64,000 nt of DNA from Octopus vulgaris (Eukaryota), in the NCBI GenBank assembly GCA_951406725.2, contig OX597815.1, positions 203,298,001 to 203,362,000 of the forward strand. The letters run 5' to 3'. Below, in pieces: positions 1 to 14,867 of this stretch; the stretch's first letter is position 1, and each line of letters begins with the position of its first letter. The notes beneath the pieces are model-generated. The model was given only the letters and a program-made list of their open reading frames with translations, was not told where the DNA came from and did not search any database. Position numbers and translations under genes: made by a program.

Positions 1-44
1 GGGTGAATGTAGCGAAAATGGCCTGCGTTAGTGCACTTGTTGTT

Positions 45-112
45 GTAGCAGCGGCAGCAGTAGTGGTGGTGGTAGTAGTAGTAGTACTAGTAGTAGTAGT
101 AGTAGTAGTAGT

Positions 113-188
<76 letters not shown>

Positions 189-213
189 ACCGCAGCAGCA
201 ACAGTAGCAGCAT

Positions 214-255
<42 letters not shown>

Positions 256-297
256 CAGCAGCAGCAGTAGTAGTACTAGTAGTAGTAGTAGTAGTAA
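45..297. repeat. Compound (GTA)n/(GCA)n microsatellite
   Basis: Directly visible; explains the poly-V/poly-L ORFs. Confidence 0.97.
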
Positions 298-403
298 ACA
301 TCATCTATCTGCAGTATTTGGTATTATTTATTTCTAGTTTCTACTCTACCGAGTTTAGACTTTGTCTTTCGAATTTGTCCAGACACGATAAAACAAGTAG
401 AAG

Positions 404-453
<50 letters not shown>

Positions 454-728
454 ATAAAACGGTAAGATAACAAAAGAAAGAAAGAGACCTCAATATTATG
501 TAAATAGAGGAAATTTATCTATAGATATATATATATATATATATAAAGCGTTATCCAAATTCCCCTTAACCTTGTAAATGTTGGCATAATGCCTATGTAA
601 GAGTAATTACATACAAGATATGATTGACTTGGAAGTTTTAGTCATAAACTTTGAAATATCCAGTTGCTTGTCCAGTCAACAGCGATCCCATTAATTATTC
701 TCCGACTTCTTCACTCATTGATCTGTTT

Positions 729-729
729 T

Positions 730-785
<56 letters not shown>

Positions 786-805
786 TGTTGTTGTTGTTGC
801 TGTTG
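729..805. repeat. (TAG)n grading into (TTG)n microsatellite
   Basis: Directly visible. Confidence 0.95.
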
Positions 806-1364
806 TTTGCTTTTGCTTATGATTTTGTTTAGTTCCTGTTCAGTTTTGTTCCAGCGGACATAAAATTAAAAGCTCTTTCAAGCGCAACCATTTCATTTTT
901 TTCTTCAGGTTTTACGTTTATTAGCAACGAATCAACCTTTGCATTATTTCCATTTCAATACGGCAAAGTACAATTTGAAGGCACATACTCAAGTAGATAG
1001 GTCCATGGTCTCGCGATCGTAATGCTATAGCTTCGTTTTCTAGACCAAACGGTATGTTGTACTGTTGGGCAAATCACCTTCAAATGAGTGTTTACCATAG
1101 AATGGTGCATTGCGCATTGTTAGTCCAAGAGTATGTAAATGTATGATTTCAACGGCTTTTACAATGTGAAAGATATTTCGATGCTATTTCTTGAAGGTCG
1201 AGCGGCCGCCGTAGATGTGCCAATATTGGTTAGTTCCATTCTTTACCTGATGAAGTAGTTTAGACCTGATCATACCTGATGAAGCTCTATGCTGAAGCTC
1301 ATTGCTGCCATGACTATTCCGCATTACTTTTCCACACTTAGTTGAACCATAGTATCATCCAGTG

Positions 1365-1751
1365 TGGAGGCGCAATGGCCCAGTGGTTAGGGCAGCGGAC
1401 TCGCGGTCATAGGATCGCGGTTTCGATTCCCAGACCGGGCGTTCTGAGTGTTTATTGAGCGAAAACACTTAAAAGCTCCACGAGGCTCCGGCAGGGGATG
1501 GTGGTGATCCCTGCTGTACTCTTTCACCACAACTTTCTCACACTCTTACTTCCTGTTTCTGTTGTACCTGTATTTCAAAGGGCCGGCCTTGTCACTCTCT
1601 GTGTCACGCTGAATATCCCCGAGAACTACGTTAAGGGTGCACGTGTCTGTGGAGTGCTCAGCCACTTACACGTTAACTTCACGAGCAAGCTGTTCCGTTG
1701 ATTCGGATCAACCGGAACCCTCGTCGTCGTAACCGACGGAGTGCTCCCAAA
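1365..1751 (+). mobile_element. tRNA-derived SINE family A, full length
   Basis: Pol III A-box-like TGGCCCAGTGG and B-box-like GGTTTCGATTCC; 14-bp TSD AGTATCATCCAGTG (1351-1364 / 1752-1765); near-identical copies at 3948, 15707, 16254, 29498. Confidence 0.93.
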
Positions 1752-2455
1752 AGTATCATCCAGTGAATTATATTTCTAAGATAGTAGGACTTGGTTTGAG
1801 AGACAATGGCTTTTATTTCTACAACGACGAATTTCTTTGGCTGTTTTGCACTGTTAATTGGTGTCTCGTATAGAACTTTGATTATAATATAAGTTATATT
1901 GAACAGCATTAAAATTCAAATATTGTTATAAAAATTTCAGATATTGCAAGAGAATATTGTATTTCAATGGGATGCGTACAGGAGCATCATTGATTCTCTC
2001 TACATAAATAAAGTGGGCTCTATAATCGATTTTCCAATTCAGAGTAAAGCCATAATCCACAGCATTATTCTTGCTTTCATACGGCTATGTGTATTTATGC
2101 ATTGCATATCAACTTATCAACTTTTAAGCACATTTGTTGGTCTTATAAACATTTTTATAGAAAAGCCATTTGTTTTAATTCCGGTTTGCATAATTTATTA
2201 GTATCATTTGCTGTGTTTTATACCCAAATCATCTCCAGGTGACAAGATTTTTGAACATTCTCATCCTCATCCGATTATTTTCTATTTTTTTACCTTTTGC
2301 ATATCTGTGACTGTATCTTTATTTTTTAACACAGCATGGTATAATTTAAAGATTTGCTTGTTCTTTCTCGTAGATCGAGAAACCATGTATCTACTCCCAC
2401 TTTGATAATTTTTATGTCAGTATTTTGTTTTTGTTAATGTAACTTGACTTGTACT

Positions 2456-2862
2456 GGAGTGGCTGTGTGGTAAGTAGCTTGCTAACCAACCACATGGTTC
2501 CGGGTTCAGTCCCACTACGTGGCATCTTCGGCAAGTGTCTTCTGCTATAGCCCCGGGCCGACCAATGCCTTGTGAGTGGATTTGGTAGACGGAAACTGAA
2601 AGAAGCCTGTCGTATATATGTATATATATATAAGTGTGTGTGTATGTGTTTGTGTGTCTGTGTTTGTCCCCCCTAGCATTGCTTGACAACCGATGCTGGT
2701 GTGTTTACGTCCCCGTCACTTAGCGGTTCGGCAAAAGAGACCGATAGAATAAGTACTGGGCTTACAAAGAATAAGTCCCGGGGTCGATTTGCTCGACTAA
2801 AGGCGGTGCTCCAGCATGGCCGCAGTCAAATGACTGAAACAAGTAAAATAGTAAAAAGAGAG
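2456..2862 (+). mobile_element. tRNA-derived SINE family C (~410 bp, internal TA/TG tract)
   Basis: Head GGAGTGGCTGTGTGGTAAG...GGTTCAGTCCC; tail CCAGCATGGCCGCAGTCAAATGACTGAAACAAGTAAAA; homologous copies at 8784 and 26067. Confidence 0.9.
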
Positions 2863-3947
2863 TAATCAGTGTGTGAAGTTCTCATATCCCAACTCTTTTG
2901 CGATTTTTCTCTACCAAAATTAAATATGTAGCAACAGCTGACCTTCCTACAATTCTTAATCAAAAACATGTTTATTATTGTTACCCTTACAGCTTAGTTC
3001 CATGTTATCTAGGACTAGGCAGACTTATAAACAAAGGTGTGTCACTTGTGACCATCATAACTAACATACCTATACTACATTGTCCAATGTGGCCTTCCTA
3101 ATTTAAGATGAAATTATGTTTCATTGAAAATCGACTCCTGCTTCCAGATTTAGCCACTGATTTGGCTAGAACATCAAGTAATTGATCTTGCTAAAAATAA
3201 AACGTCTCTAATCAATACAAAGAATCTTTTGCTTCATAGACGTACAGAACCTTATTAATACTCTTTTTTCATTCTTTTATATATTATGTTGCTTCTTACC
3301 AAAGAAAGGAATTCTTTCTCTGAATTCACTTTTCTTCAAACCACTATAAATCCACTTTTATTCAAAATATAGTGATTCCACAATTCATTCTGATTTTATG
3401 GCAATTACTGTCTAGATAATTTAAAAGTCTTAGATGCGTGGTATGTGATCCGTTAAGAATGCTCGCTTTTAATGATAAAAACCTTTCTTCACAATTCCTC
3501 ATACCAATGCATAATTAGGTATTTGAATTTCTAACCAAGATTATGTAGTACAAGTCAAGTTAATGGTTGATGTCAAATTAACGACTAAGCAACATACAGA
3601 AGAATCCGATAATATATAATCCGATTTCTGGTTAATTACTGGTAATTACAATCTTACTGAAGGTTATCAAAGCAAAAGATTAACAGTAGAAATATGTTTG
3701 ATAATATTGTTATGAAAAACAAATATTAGCAAAGCTTTATCTTTCTATTCAGATCATTGTTTTGTAATATCGTCGACATTTTTGATTTCGCTTCATGTAT
3801 CACAAAGAATCCATCTTTTTATATAATTTAACAAATTTAACAATACTACCCAAGCAACAATACACTCACTATTACTATCAATGCATGACAACAAGCAAAG
3901 ATCAAATTCTAAATAGAGTAAACCGAATTTTATTTAACGTTTAGAAT

Positions 3948-4338
3948 GGATGGATGGAAGCACTCCGTCGGTTACAACGATGAGGGTTCCGGTTGATCCG
4001 ATTAACGGAACAGCCTGCTCGTGAAATTAACGTGTAAGTGGCTGAGCACTCCACAGACACGTGTACCCTTAACGTAGTTCTCGGGGATATTCAGCGTGAC
4101 ACAGAGAGTGACAAGGCCGGCCCTTTGAAATACAGGTACAGCAGAAACGGGAAGTAAGAGTGAGAGAAAGTTGTGGTGAAAGAGTACAGCAGGGATCACC
4201 ACCATCCCTGCCGGAGCCTCGTGGAGCTTTAGGTGTTTTCGCTCAATAAACACTCACAACGCCCAGTCTGGGAATCGAAACCGCGATCCTATGACCGCGA
4301 GTCCGCTGCCCTAACCACTGGGCCATTGCGCCTCCACA
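3948..4338 (-). mobile_element. SINE family A, full length
   Basis: Reverse complement of the 1365 copy; (TCCA)n tail; 13-bp TSD TAACGTTTAGAAT (3935-3947 / 4339-4351). Confidence 0.93.
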
Positions 4339-4829
4339 TAACGTTTAGAATAATTAGAAGCTGTTGGCACGAACACATAGAAATCGATACAGCCACTATA
4401 ATAAGCCCGGATGCATAAATCGATATTGTACTACCCTCTCGTGGATCATGAGTTCAGATATATTACAGGTGTTTCATTGTATCCTGCGATACACCGTGTA
4501 TCTAACAAAGTTTCGTAAGATCTTGAAATCAAACTAAAGCAAAAGACTCTTTGAGTTGACTTGGAAGCATTATATTTTTACCTCGATTAATTACTTTAAG
4601 TTTTACGGACAAAGCAAAACACTACACGATCACTAGACGTTTAAGAAATAGTGACAAAGTCTCTCAAATTACATGCTACAGTCTCAAAAAGGAGAGGGTG
4701 CATTGGATAATTTAGCCCTAAATAGATAGAGAGGAATGGTTAAGGTTGCAAAGTCTTTGGTAGTACTTCTTGATCCTATCTAATACAGATGACAGCACAC
4801 GGTTAAGTGCTCAGTGAGAGATAGGAGTG

Positions 4830-5366
4830 ACCTTCATAAGGCAGTGTGCTCAGTGACATCGCTGTGTTTACTTCACAAGTTGTGAAATTTGTGCTTTTTT
4901 GATCACGTGTATGCTGTAGTCGGTGATTTTGTCATGGACAGGAACAAAGAGCTAACGTGAAATTTTGCATTAAACTTGAGAAGTTGGCTACAGTCGGCAA
5001 GCTTACACCGCCAAGGTAATGGATCGTATGCAATGTTTCGAGTGGCACGAGCGCTTCGAAAGCGGAAGGACGTTCCTGGAAAATGATGAGCGATCCGAAA
5101 GACCTACTACGAGCACCACCCCGGAAATATGGAGAAATTCATCAGATTGTCCATGGGGATTTTTAGAGGACAATCAACAACATTGCCGATGTTGTTGGTC
5201 TGTCGTATGAGTCCCTGCAGGCAACCCAGTGTCTGAATTGGACATGCGGTGTGTCTCTGCCAAGTTTGTCCCCCGCCTGATGACCACTGAGCAGAAAGGA
5301 CATCGCATCGAAGTCTCTTAAGATCTCAGTCAGCGCGCCGCTGATGACCCATCCTTCACGTCGAGG
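4830..5366 (+). mobile_element. Decayed mariner transposase, N-terminal half
   Basis: Frameshifted peptides EQRANVKFCIKL, CFEWHERFESGRTFLENDERSERP, SAKFVPRLMT match the mariner HTH and WVPR-type linker motifs. Confidence 0.85.
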
Positions 5367-5639
5367 TTAAAATCATGATACCACAAAAGATACGCAAGAA
5401 CTCTAACGTGCACTGGTGCACTCTTTATGGAGTCAATTCATTTGAAAGCACTTAAATCTTGTCAGAATAAAACGTGCGGCACCATTCGATCAAGCTATCC
5501 CTAGTCACGGGCTCTTGTCTAACTACTTTCAACAGAATTAACTACGACAAAGTTACCCAGGGACCATGTTGTGCTCCCTGGTTATCTTTATCAGAGAAAA
5601 GATTACGTCCACTATCGGAAGGATGCAGCTCATTCGACA

Positions 5640-6040
5640 GACTCCTGCTCAGTTTCCGTCTAATTAATTCCACCCACCCACAAAGCATGGATCGAATCGA
5701 GGCTTTAGTAGATGGCAATTGCCTTAGGTAGTATATATATTTCTTTACTACCCACAAGGGGCTAAACACAGAGGGGACAAACAAGGACAGACAAAGCGAT
5801 TAAGTCGATTCTATCGACCCCAGTGCGTAACTGGTACTTAATTTATCGACCCCGAAAGGATGAAAGGCAAAGTCGACCTCGGCGGAATTTGAACTCAGAA
5901 CGTAAAGACAGACGAAATACTGGTAAGCATTTTGCCCGGCCTGCTACCGTTTCTGCCAGCTCGCCGCCTTAACTTAGGTAGTATATAACAGACCCGAACG
6001 TGAAACCACATAATTGTGAAGCAAGCGGCTTAACCTCATT
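5640..6040 (-). mobile_element. Old family-C-like SINE interrupted by a D1 SINE
   Basis: CTCAGTTTCCGTCTA...GAGGCTTTAGTAGA resembles the reverse complement of the family C body; similarity resumes after 5987. Confidence 0.55.
5738..5972 (-). mobile_element. SINE family D with D1 tail
   Basis: Head AAGGCGGCGAGCTGGCAGAA, B-box-like GAGTTCAAATTCC, central CCTTTCATCCTTTCGGGGTCGATAAATTAAGTACC; 15-bp TSD CTTAGGTAGTATATA (5723-5737 / 5973-5987). Confidence 0.92.
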
Positions 6041-7724
6041 ACAGTATCCGTATTCCCTTCCATGAATATCATTAACTGTATTTTCGAAGTTATCCTTCAG
6101 TGGTGAGTGGACTCGTTCATAGTGTATTGACACTGAAACAATTACTTCGAGAAAGAACGTTACAGTAGTCATTTAAATCACAGACATTCTATTATACTGG
6201 CTCTTGTTTGATTTCCTGATATTGTTGTATGTTATAAAGTGTCAAAAACTTTTCTCATATATCTACGAACTGGCCAGTGAAGCATCTCAATGAAGTTCTA
6301 TTGCATCTCAAGTGTTGGGATTATAAAATTAATTTAAACACACCGTACTTTCTGTGTTCACTTTCGTCCTACACAAAATAACTAATGAAATAAAAACAAA
6401 ATACTCCATAAAACAATAAGAGGATACTGAAGGATTAATGGTGCTTCGAATTTATTTTTTTTATTTCTCTTAAAACATTTCTTCGTAAAAGCAGTATCGT
6501 CACTTTATTTCTTTACTTTCCTCTTACATCAAGAATATTCTCTGGAAGACAGTTGAATCTAATAACGTTACTATTTGCATTGTCTGTCTGCTTTTAAGGA
6601 AATTTTGCTTTCTTTTTTTTTTTAATTATTTGCACTGAAACTTATAAAGCAATTTGTACCATGATTCCATTATTGCAAAATATTTTACAGTGAATCTAAT
6701 ATCTATGAGAGTTAAGTTAAATATCTATCTACAATATTCCAACTGTTACTAATTTAATTTAAGAATCTATATTTATGTTTAAATGCATTTTCCGAATCAT
6801 AATAAATATTCTCAGTTAATAGCCATTTATATTTCAGTGAAATAAAATATTTGCCGAAAATATCAAGCTCAATTATTATCAAGGAAAAATTTTATACTCG
6901 AAAAGCTAAACATAGAGTTCTGTATGAAAAATTACACACCAATGGAAGGCCACTTTGTGGTATATACTTCCTTGTACAAATTGCTTCATTGCATATAATT
7001 TTTCTGTAATCTACTGACTTCAGTCCTCATGTTACAATCGAATAAAGTTAAAATTATAGCTGAAATATTCCCAATGGTGGACTGCTGACAGGTGTAGTCA
7101 TTGTTACGAATGAGATATATTGCGTTGATTGTATAACAACGCATTATAAATAAGATACCTGTAATGCATTTATCGACCCAACCATCGAGTGATTATATAT
7201 CTAGCTATCAATATTTCCATCTCTCTCTCCTTCTCTCTCTCTCACTCTCTTTCTCGTTCTCTCTCTTTCTGTCTCTTCTCTCTCCACTCGCTCCTTCTCT
7301 ACGCATGTATGAGAGAGCGCATGTATAGTTACATATGTGTGTATGGCTGCGTGTTTTCATGTATATAGACATTTTGTATGCATGTATGTAACTCTAAGAG
7401 CAACTCTGATCAAAAGCATTATAACCATAACCATCTAGCCTTTTTCATTTCTAATCTAATCCACATTGCATAACCCAGTGTCTTTGTATTTAAAAAAAAA
7501 TAAGGGCAATGAATTATGAGAGATTTGACTGCTATTTGTAGCTGAGTAATCAATCACGTAGATATTTTCACATTGGCTCTTTCTGGAATGCTTGATGTTC
7601 ACTTGAATTTTTAACAATACCTCTTTGCTTGGAAAGTGATCCACAGAGAAGGGATTCCAAAAGGTTACGGTTTCTGAAGAGAATGTGTCTGCGTGCGTGC
7701 GTGCATGTGTGTGTGTGCGTGCGT

Positions 7725-7930
7725 TCTGTCTTGAACTCTATCACTCATCGACCCGATTACCTAGTTTCCATGGTATATAAGTGACCAAGGTTACAACATT
7801 CTCTTTGAACCGGTCGCCGGTTTATTCATTTCCATCTGAGTGAACACAAACTACTTGCCCGATCTGGGAATCAAAACCAACATCTCAAATTGCGAATGCA
7901 ACATATAGCTAGTAGGTCACACACCTTCAT
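7725..7930 (-). mobile_element. Diverged tRNA-type SINE
   Basis: Minus strand reads TGAAGGTGTGTGACC...GGTTTTGATTCCCAGATCGGGC, similar to the A/E family heads. Confidence 0.45.
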
Positions 7931-8605
7931 TCCGAACAGAAAAGACAGGTTAAAGTATTTATTTCGAGAATTAACGAGAAAGCAATAACAATGATGACAG
8001 AAAATCGGTGACCGCTCATGTGGCCTTTAGTAACCGCAGCTGCAGCTGCTACAAGGGAGTAGACGAACCAGAAAGTAACTGATATAGCTTGACGTGAATT
8101 TAGATATTTTAGATTTCCTTATGCACGTTCTTTGCGCATTAGACATTTATTAATCACGCCACCGATAAAGGCACTCTATGCCAATTACTTTAGCTATTCC
8201 GGCAACTTAATACTACGCGTTTCGTTTAAACACCACCTGCCATACATTTCTCATCGTAAGCAAAGCAACGAGAAGTAGAAGACCTATAAAGAAGGGTCAG
8301 TTAATTATGAGACCTGTCAAGATAGTCACTTTCCTCTTTTGTACGCGAGCAAAAATCACAAAATACATTTACATTTAGTTTACTTTCTTTAGCGTAAGCG
8401 TTATAAGCACTATCCTAACTACATTAAGTTTTACTTTGATTTTCTAAATCGCACTGTTTATGCAAATAATGTGTGTGTGTGTGTGTGTGTGTGTTTATAA
8501 ATATGTATGCACACATACATATATACACACACACTCATATATATATAGCAATTATATATGTATATGGTTGGCAAGCAATCTACTTATCACACAGCCGCTC
8601 CTGTG

Positions 8606-8783
<178 letters not shown>

Positions 8784-8937
8784 GGCACAGGAGCGGCTGT
8801 GGTAAGTAGCTTGCTTACCAACAACATGGTTCTGTCCCAGTGTGTGGCACCTTGGGCAAGTGTCTTCTATTATAGCCCCGAGCCAACCAAAGTCTTGTGA
8901 GTATATTTGGTTGACGGAAACTGAAAGAAGCCCATCG

Positions 8938-8988
<51 letters not shown>

Positions 8989-9300
8989 ATGTTTGTGTGT
9001 TTGTGTTTGTCCCCCCAGCATCGTTTGACAACTGATGTAAGTGTGTTTTAAAATAGGTACAGGAGTGATAAGCCCGATGTATATATATGTGTGTTTGCGT
9101 GTGTGTGTCCTCAACATCGCTTGATAACCGAAGCTGGTGTGTTTACATCCCCGTAACTTAGCGGTTCGGCAAAAGAGAACGATAGAATAAGTACCAGGCT
9201 TACAAAGAATAAGTCTTGGGGTCGATTTGCTCGACTTAAAGACGGAGCTCCAGCATGGCCAAAGTCAAATGACTAAAACAAGTAAAAGAATAAAAGAATA
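8784..9300 (+). mobile_element. SINE family C with partial internal duplication
   Basis: Homologous to 2456-2862; ends AAGTAAAAGAATAAAAGAATA. Confidence 0.88.
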
Positions 9301-9500
9301 CACGCGCATATATTTATGCACATGAGTACAGATTCCTGTATAGATTCAAACTCTCATGCAAGCTTTAGATGATATTAGACGATACGTAAGGACTACATAA
9401 GAAATAATCGAAATCCATATATTATTTTTTCTGTCTCCGTTGATGATTTGCTAATATCCCATGCGTTCTCTCTCTTCTAACTGTCTTTCTCCCTCTCTCT

Positions 9501-9539
<39 letters not shown>

Positions 9540-10918
9540 TCTCTCTCTTGCCCATATACATATGTGTGCTCATACGCATACATACATGTATGAAATTAAA
9601 AAAATTATCACAAACCAATTAGATATTCAATTCTACCATCAGCTTTAAATTTTGTTATTCTTGGAACACCTGCCTTAATATTAATGTCGTATAGAATATC
9701 CATGTATATTTCCTTAGAATTCCTAATTATTTTCTTTTGAATAAATGTCAATTACTACTCTGGTTCACTCAATATATCTTTCCATTTTTATTCACATCAC
9801 GTGTGGTTCGTCAGATTTCCTAATTTTGTTAAGTATCTCGGAAAGTTTTCTCTTAAATGGATTGCGATATTCCGGAATGTTATATTCTCTATCATTCTTA
9901 AGAGATCCCTTTGGAGAGACTACAAAAGCGCTTCCTTAATTCCTTCTGATCGTAGCAGCAAAGAGATATTTCTTAACTTGTTTTCGTCCGTAGCAGGTTA
10001 ATTCGATTTATCGATTTCTTTTTCTACTTCCCTCTTTCCTTCCTATTCCTTCTTCACTTTCCTTCTTTCTTAACTGAAGTTCAGAGCATGCCTATCTATT
10101 TATACATTTATTTACCTAAATATATATTTATTGATTTAGTTATTTGGATATGGCCATCTTTTGCCAATAAACACAAGCACTATTTATCTGACCTTCATTT
10201 TAGCTTTATTATTGCTATAATTATGCCTCTTCTCTTTGGTCTTGTCCTATCTATTCCATATTGGAATAGACCAGAGAGAAGAGGAGACTGAAATCGCTGG
10301 ATAGGTCACTGAATGTGTGACGAAAGAACTCTTTCTGACAAAGTAATAATAGCAATGATAATGCTAAAAGTGAAGATCAAAAATATAGCGCTTGTGTTTA
10401 ATGGCAAAAGACGACCATCCCCAAATATAACAACATCTGTTTCAACACACGATTTCACATGAAGAATCTTGCAAATCAAATATATAAGCGTATTTATGAA
10501 TGATTTTTTTTCTATCGTTCTCTCCCGTCTTTAGGAATCCCTGATGTTCTTCTTACCGTTTCTGTTTCAGTCCTTTTTCCAGTCTTCTACTGCTTATATA
10601 TAGCGTATGTATGTATATCTGTACGGGATTCCATCAATGTATTTCATTTGTAATCAACTGATGAGGGTACCTTTAGGGGTAACAAATTGCTATGTGACTA
10701 CTTGAGACATGTATATTAAATGCATTCGAAATATTAATTATTTGTTTGTGTCAATCTTATGATATATAACTGATGGTCATAACAAGCTAGCGTATCCCTA
10801 TTTAAATAAACGGTTATAGAGCAGTATGGGATTAGGACCGGGGATGTTAATCTGGACCCTGAGTCGAAAATATCTGCTAAAGTGTACTACCATAACAAAA
10901 CACACTACTGCATACTCG

Positions 10919-11885
<967 letters not shown>

Positions 11886-12251
11886 TGCTATGTTTATATG
11901 TATGCTGTTGCTATGTATGTAAATTTAGTAATATTCTATTTGTTGCTCCTCGTGAGGTAAAAAGGAAGACAATTCATATTATTACTTATTTCCAATCTGT
12001 ATTGCATTTCGATCTTCGATCTAACCTATGAGTTTTTAGCTTTGGGTAAAAGAGAGGGACAACGAGCGACAGAGGATGAAAAGTGCATGTACGTGTGCGT
12101 GTGTATATGTGGGTGCTTGTGTGTGCGTATGTGTGTGTTTATGTGCGTGCTTTTGTAGTGTATGTGTATGTGAGAATGTTCTGGAATTCAGTATCGATTA
12201 GCATCAAACCAGGAAATTGATAGACGATACTACGAGAAAGTACATAAATTA

Positions 12252-12618
<367 letters not shown>

Positions 12619-12908
12619 GATTAAATGTTTAGATAAAAACGCAAAAGCATTTGATCATATGCATTTGATGTTGCTATTTTTAGCTTTCACTCTCGATGCT
12701 TATTCATTTTTGAAATAACATCTTTTGATGTAGCTGCCTCTGCTTGCACAGTTACAGCTGCACACGTGTGCAACTAAATCTAGAGCAAGCAACTTCTCAA
12801 CGAATGATGTGACCTACCTAATCACTAACGTATGTGGCCCCTTTTTTTGTTTTCTTTTTTGCTGGTTACCGGTGTTATCGAAGAAGAAAGAATGGCATCA
12901 CTGACTAT

Positions 12909-13141
12909 TGGGTGGTGGTGGTGGAAGGGAAGATAGTTGTGATAGTGGTGGTGGTGGTGGTGTTGGTACTGGCTATCTGGTGATGGTAGTAGTGGTGGTG
13001 ATAGTAATAGTTGTAGTAGTAGCAATGGAGGTGATGGTGGCAGTTGTGGTGGTGGTGGTAGTGGTGATGGTAGTGGTGGTGGTGGTGGTAGTGGTGATGG
13101 TAGCGGTGGTGGTGGTGGTGGTGGTTGTAGTGGTGGTGGTT

Positions 13142-13185
<44 letters not shown>

Positions 13186-13257
13186 GGTGGTGGTGGTGGT
13201 GGTGGTGGTGGTGGTGGTGGTGGTGGTGGTGGATGTTGTAGTAGTAGTAGTAGTAGT

Positions 13258-13290
<33 letters not shown>

Positions 13291-13299
13291 TGTAATAGT

Positions 13300-13337
<38 letters not shown>

Positions 13338-13411
13338 TAGTAGTATTAGCAGCAGCAGTAGTAGTAGTAGAAGTAGTAGTAGTAGTAGTGGCAGCAGCAG
13401 CAGTAGTAATG

Positions 13412-13457
<46 letters not shown>

Positions 13458-13460
13458 CAA

Positions 13461-13520
<60 letters not shown>

Positions 13521-13589
13521 CAGCAGTAGTAGTAGTATTAGCAGCAGCAGTAGTAGTAGTAATTGTTGTAGTAGCAGCAGCAGCAGCAG

Positions 13590-13637
<48 letters not shown>

Positions 13638-13740
13638 TAGTAGTAGTAGCAGCAGCAGTAGTAGTAGTAGTAATAGTAGCAGCAGCAGCAGCGGCAGCAG
13701 CAGCAGTAGTCTGCGACAGCAACTGCAGCAGCAGCAGCAG
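12909..13740. repeat. Compound (GTG)n/(GTA)n/(GCA)n trinucleotide array
   Basis: Directly visible; source of the 330/355/249-aa homopolymeric ORFs. Confidence 0.97.
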
Positions 13741-14130
13741 ATCTGCAAAAACAAGCAGCAGCTACAGTAACAACAAAATACGTGAGAACCAATTTGAAAT
13801 TGAAAAAAATGTCCCAAGCTTTCTTAAATTACTACAGATATTTGAGATCCGGGGAGATGTTTTCTTCATCGTTCACTGCATACTCAGTCTGCAGGATCTG
13901 GAAAATATCACCGGCGCCTCCAAAGCGACAATCATTCGGGTAACCAAAGGATGCCATGTTTCTCAACCGCGCTGACCGTAACCCTTCTTCCTTCCTAAAT
14001 TGTTGCTACGTCCCCATCCGATTTCTTGCTCAAGAAGTCTGTACAAACTTTGCAGACTTCCTGTTCACGACGTCTGTTGATGGTTCACATGCATGCACTC
14101 GCAAATACGCACGCACACACACACACACAT

Positions 14131-14165
<35 letters not shown>

Positions 14166-14324
14166 GCCCCCCTCCCATACACACACACAGAGGCAAGGAA
14201 CTTCCTCTCAAATTCTTCGTTTTCGAAAAGTTTGATTCTAACCCATCAAAGCAGCAAGTTCTGACAAAACAGTGACCTCCACAGCTAGCACGTATCTTCA
14301 CCAAATTGTGTGCGGGTATTCTTG

Positions 14325-14543
14325 GCAGAAACGTTAGCACGCCGGGCGAAATGCGTAGCCGTATTTCGTCTGCCGCTACGTTCTGAGTTCAAATTCCGCC
14401 GAGGTCGACTTTGCCTTTCATCCTTTCGGGGTCGATAAATTAAGTACCAGTTACGCACTGGGGTCGATGTAATCGACTTAATACCTATGTCTGTCCTTGT
14501 TTGTCCCCTCTGTGTTTAGCCCCTTGTGGGTAGTAAAGAAATA
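14325..14543 (+). mobile_element. SINE family D1, slightly 5'-truncated
   Basis: 10-bp TSD GGTATTCTTG (14315-14324 / 14544-14553); tail ends GTAAAGAAATA. Confidence 0.92.
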
Positions 14544-14637
14544 GGTATTCTTGTATGCTATTAAGAATCTACCTCAATATCTTGAAACACAATATTTTAA
14601 TAGTAGGCATCTATTTCTCAATATATTGTAATACAGT

Positions 14638-14856
14638 AAGGCGGCGAGCTGGCAGAATAATTAGCACGCCGGGCGAGATGCTTAGCGGCATTTCGTTCAT
14701 CTCTATGTTCTGAGCTCAAATTCCATTGAAGTTGACTTCGCCTTTTATCGTTTCAGGATCGATAAAATAAGTACCAGTTGAGCACTGGGGTCGATTTAAT
14801 GGACTTAGCCCCTCCTCCGAAACTGCTGACTTGTGCCAAAATTTGGAATCAATATT
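14638..14856 (+). mobile_element. SINE family D with alternative D2 tail (TTGTGCCAAAATTTG...AATATT)
   Basis: Same head and core as D1, different 3' end. Confidence 0.88.
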
Positions 14857-14867
14857 TTGAGACAATG

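Noticed and set aside
1244-1300. Repeated ACCTGATGAAG as a hammerhead or C/D snoRNA
   Set aside because: No downstream GAAA or stems, and no RTGATGA box C with a terminal stem.
1365-1440. tRNA genes
   Set aside because: The A/B-box heads lack a closing acceptor stem and run into SINE bodies, so they are SINE heads rather than tRNAs.
1498-1701. Recurring 'MVVIPAVLFHHNF...' and '[11 protein letters not shown]...' ORFs as a gene family
   Set aside because: They are translations of SINE family A/B copies bounded by TSDs.
12825-13975. Long ORFs of 330, 355 and 249 aa (poly-L/P, poly-V/A, poly-T/A)
   Set aside because: Stop-free frames of trinucleotide repeats, with no domain content or splice support. 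The same applies to 3-470, 12252-12632, 32508-33110 and all YIYI/CVCV ORFs.
13800-14090. GC-richer tail of the 355-aa ORF as a host exon
   Set aside because: No recognisable protein similarity or convincing splice sites; left unassigned.
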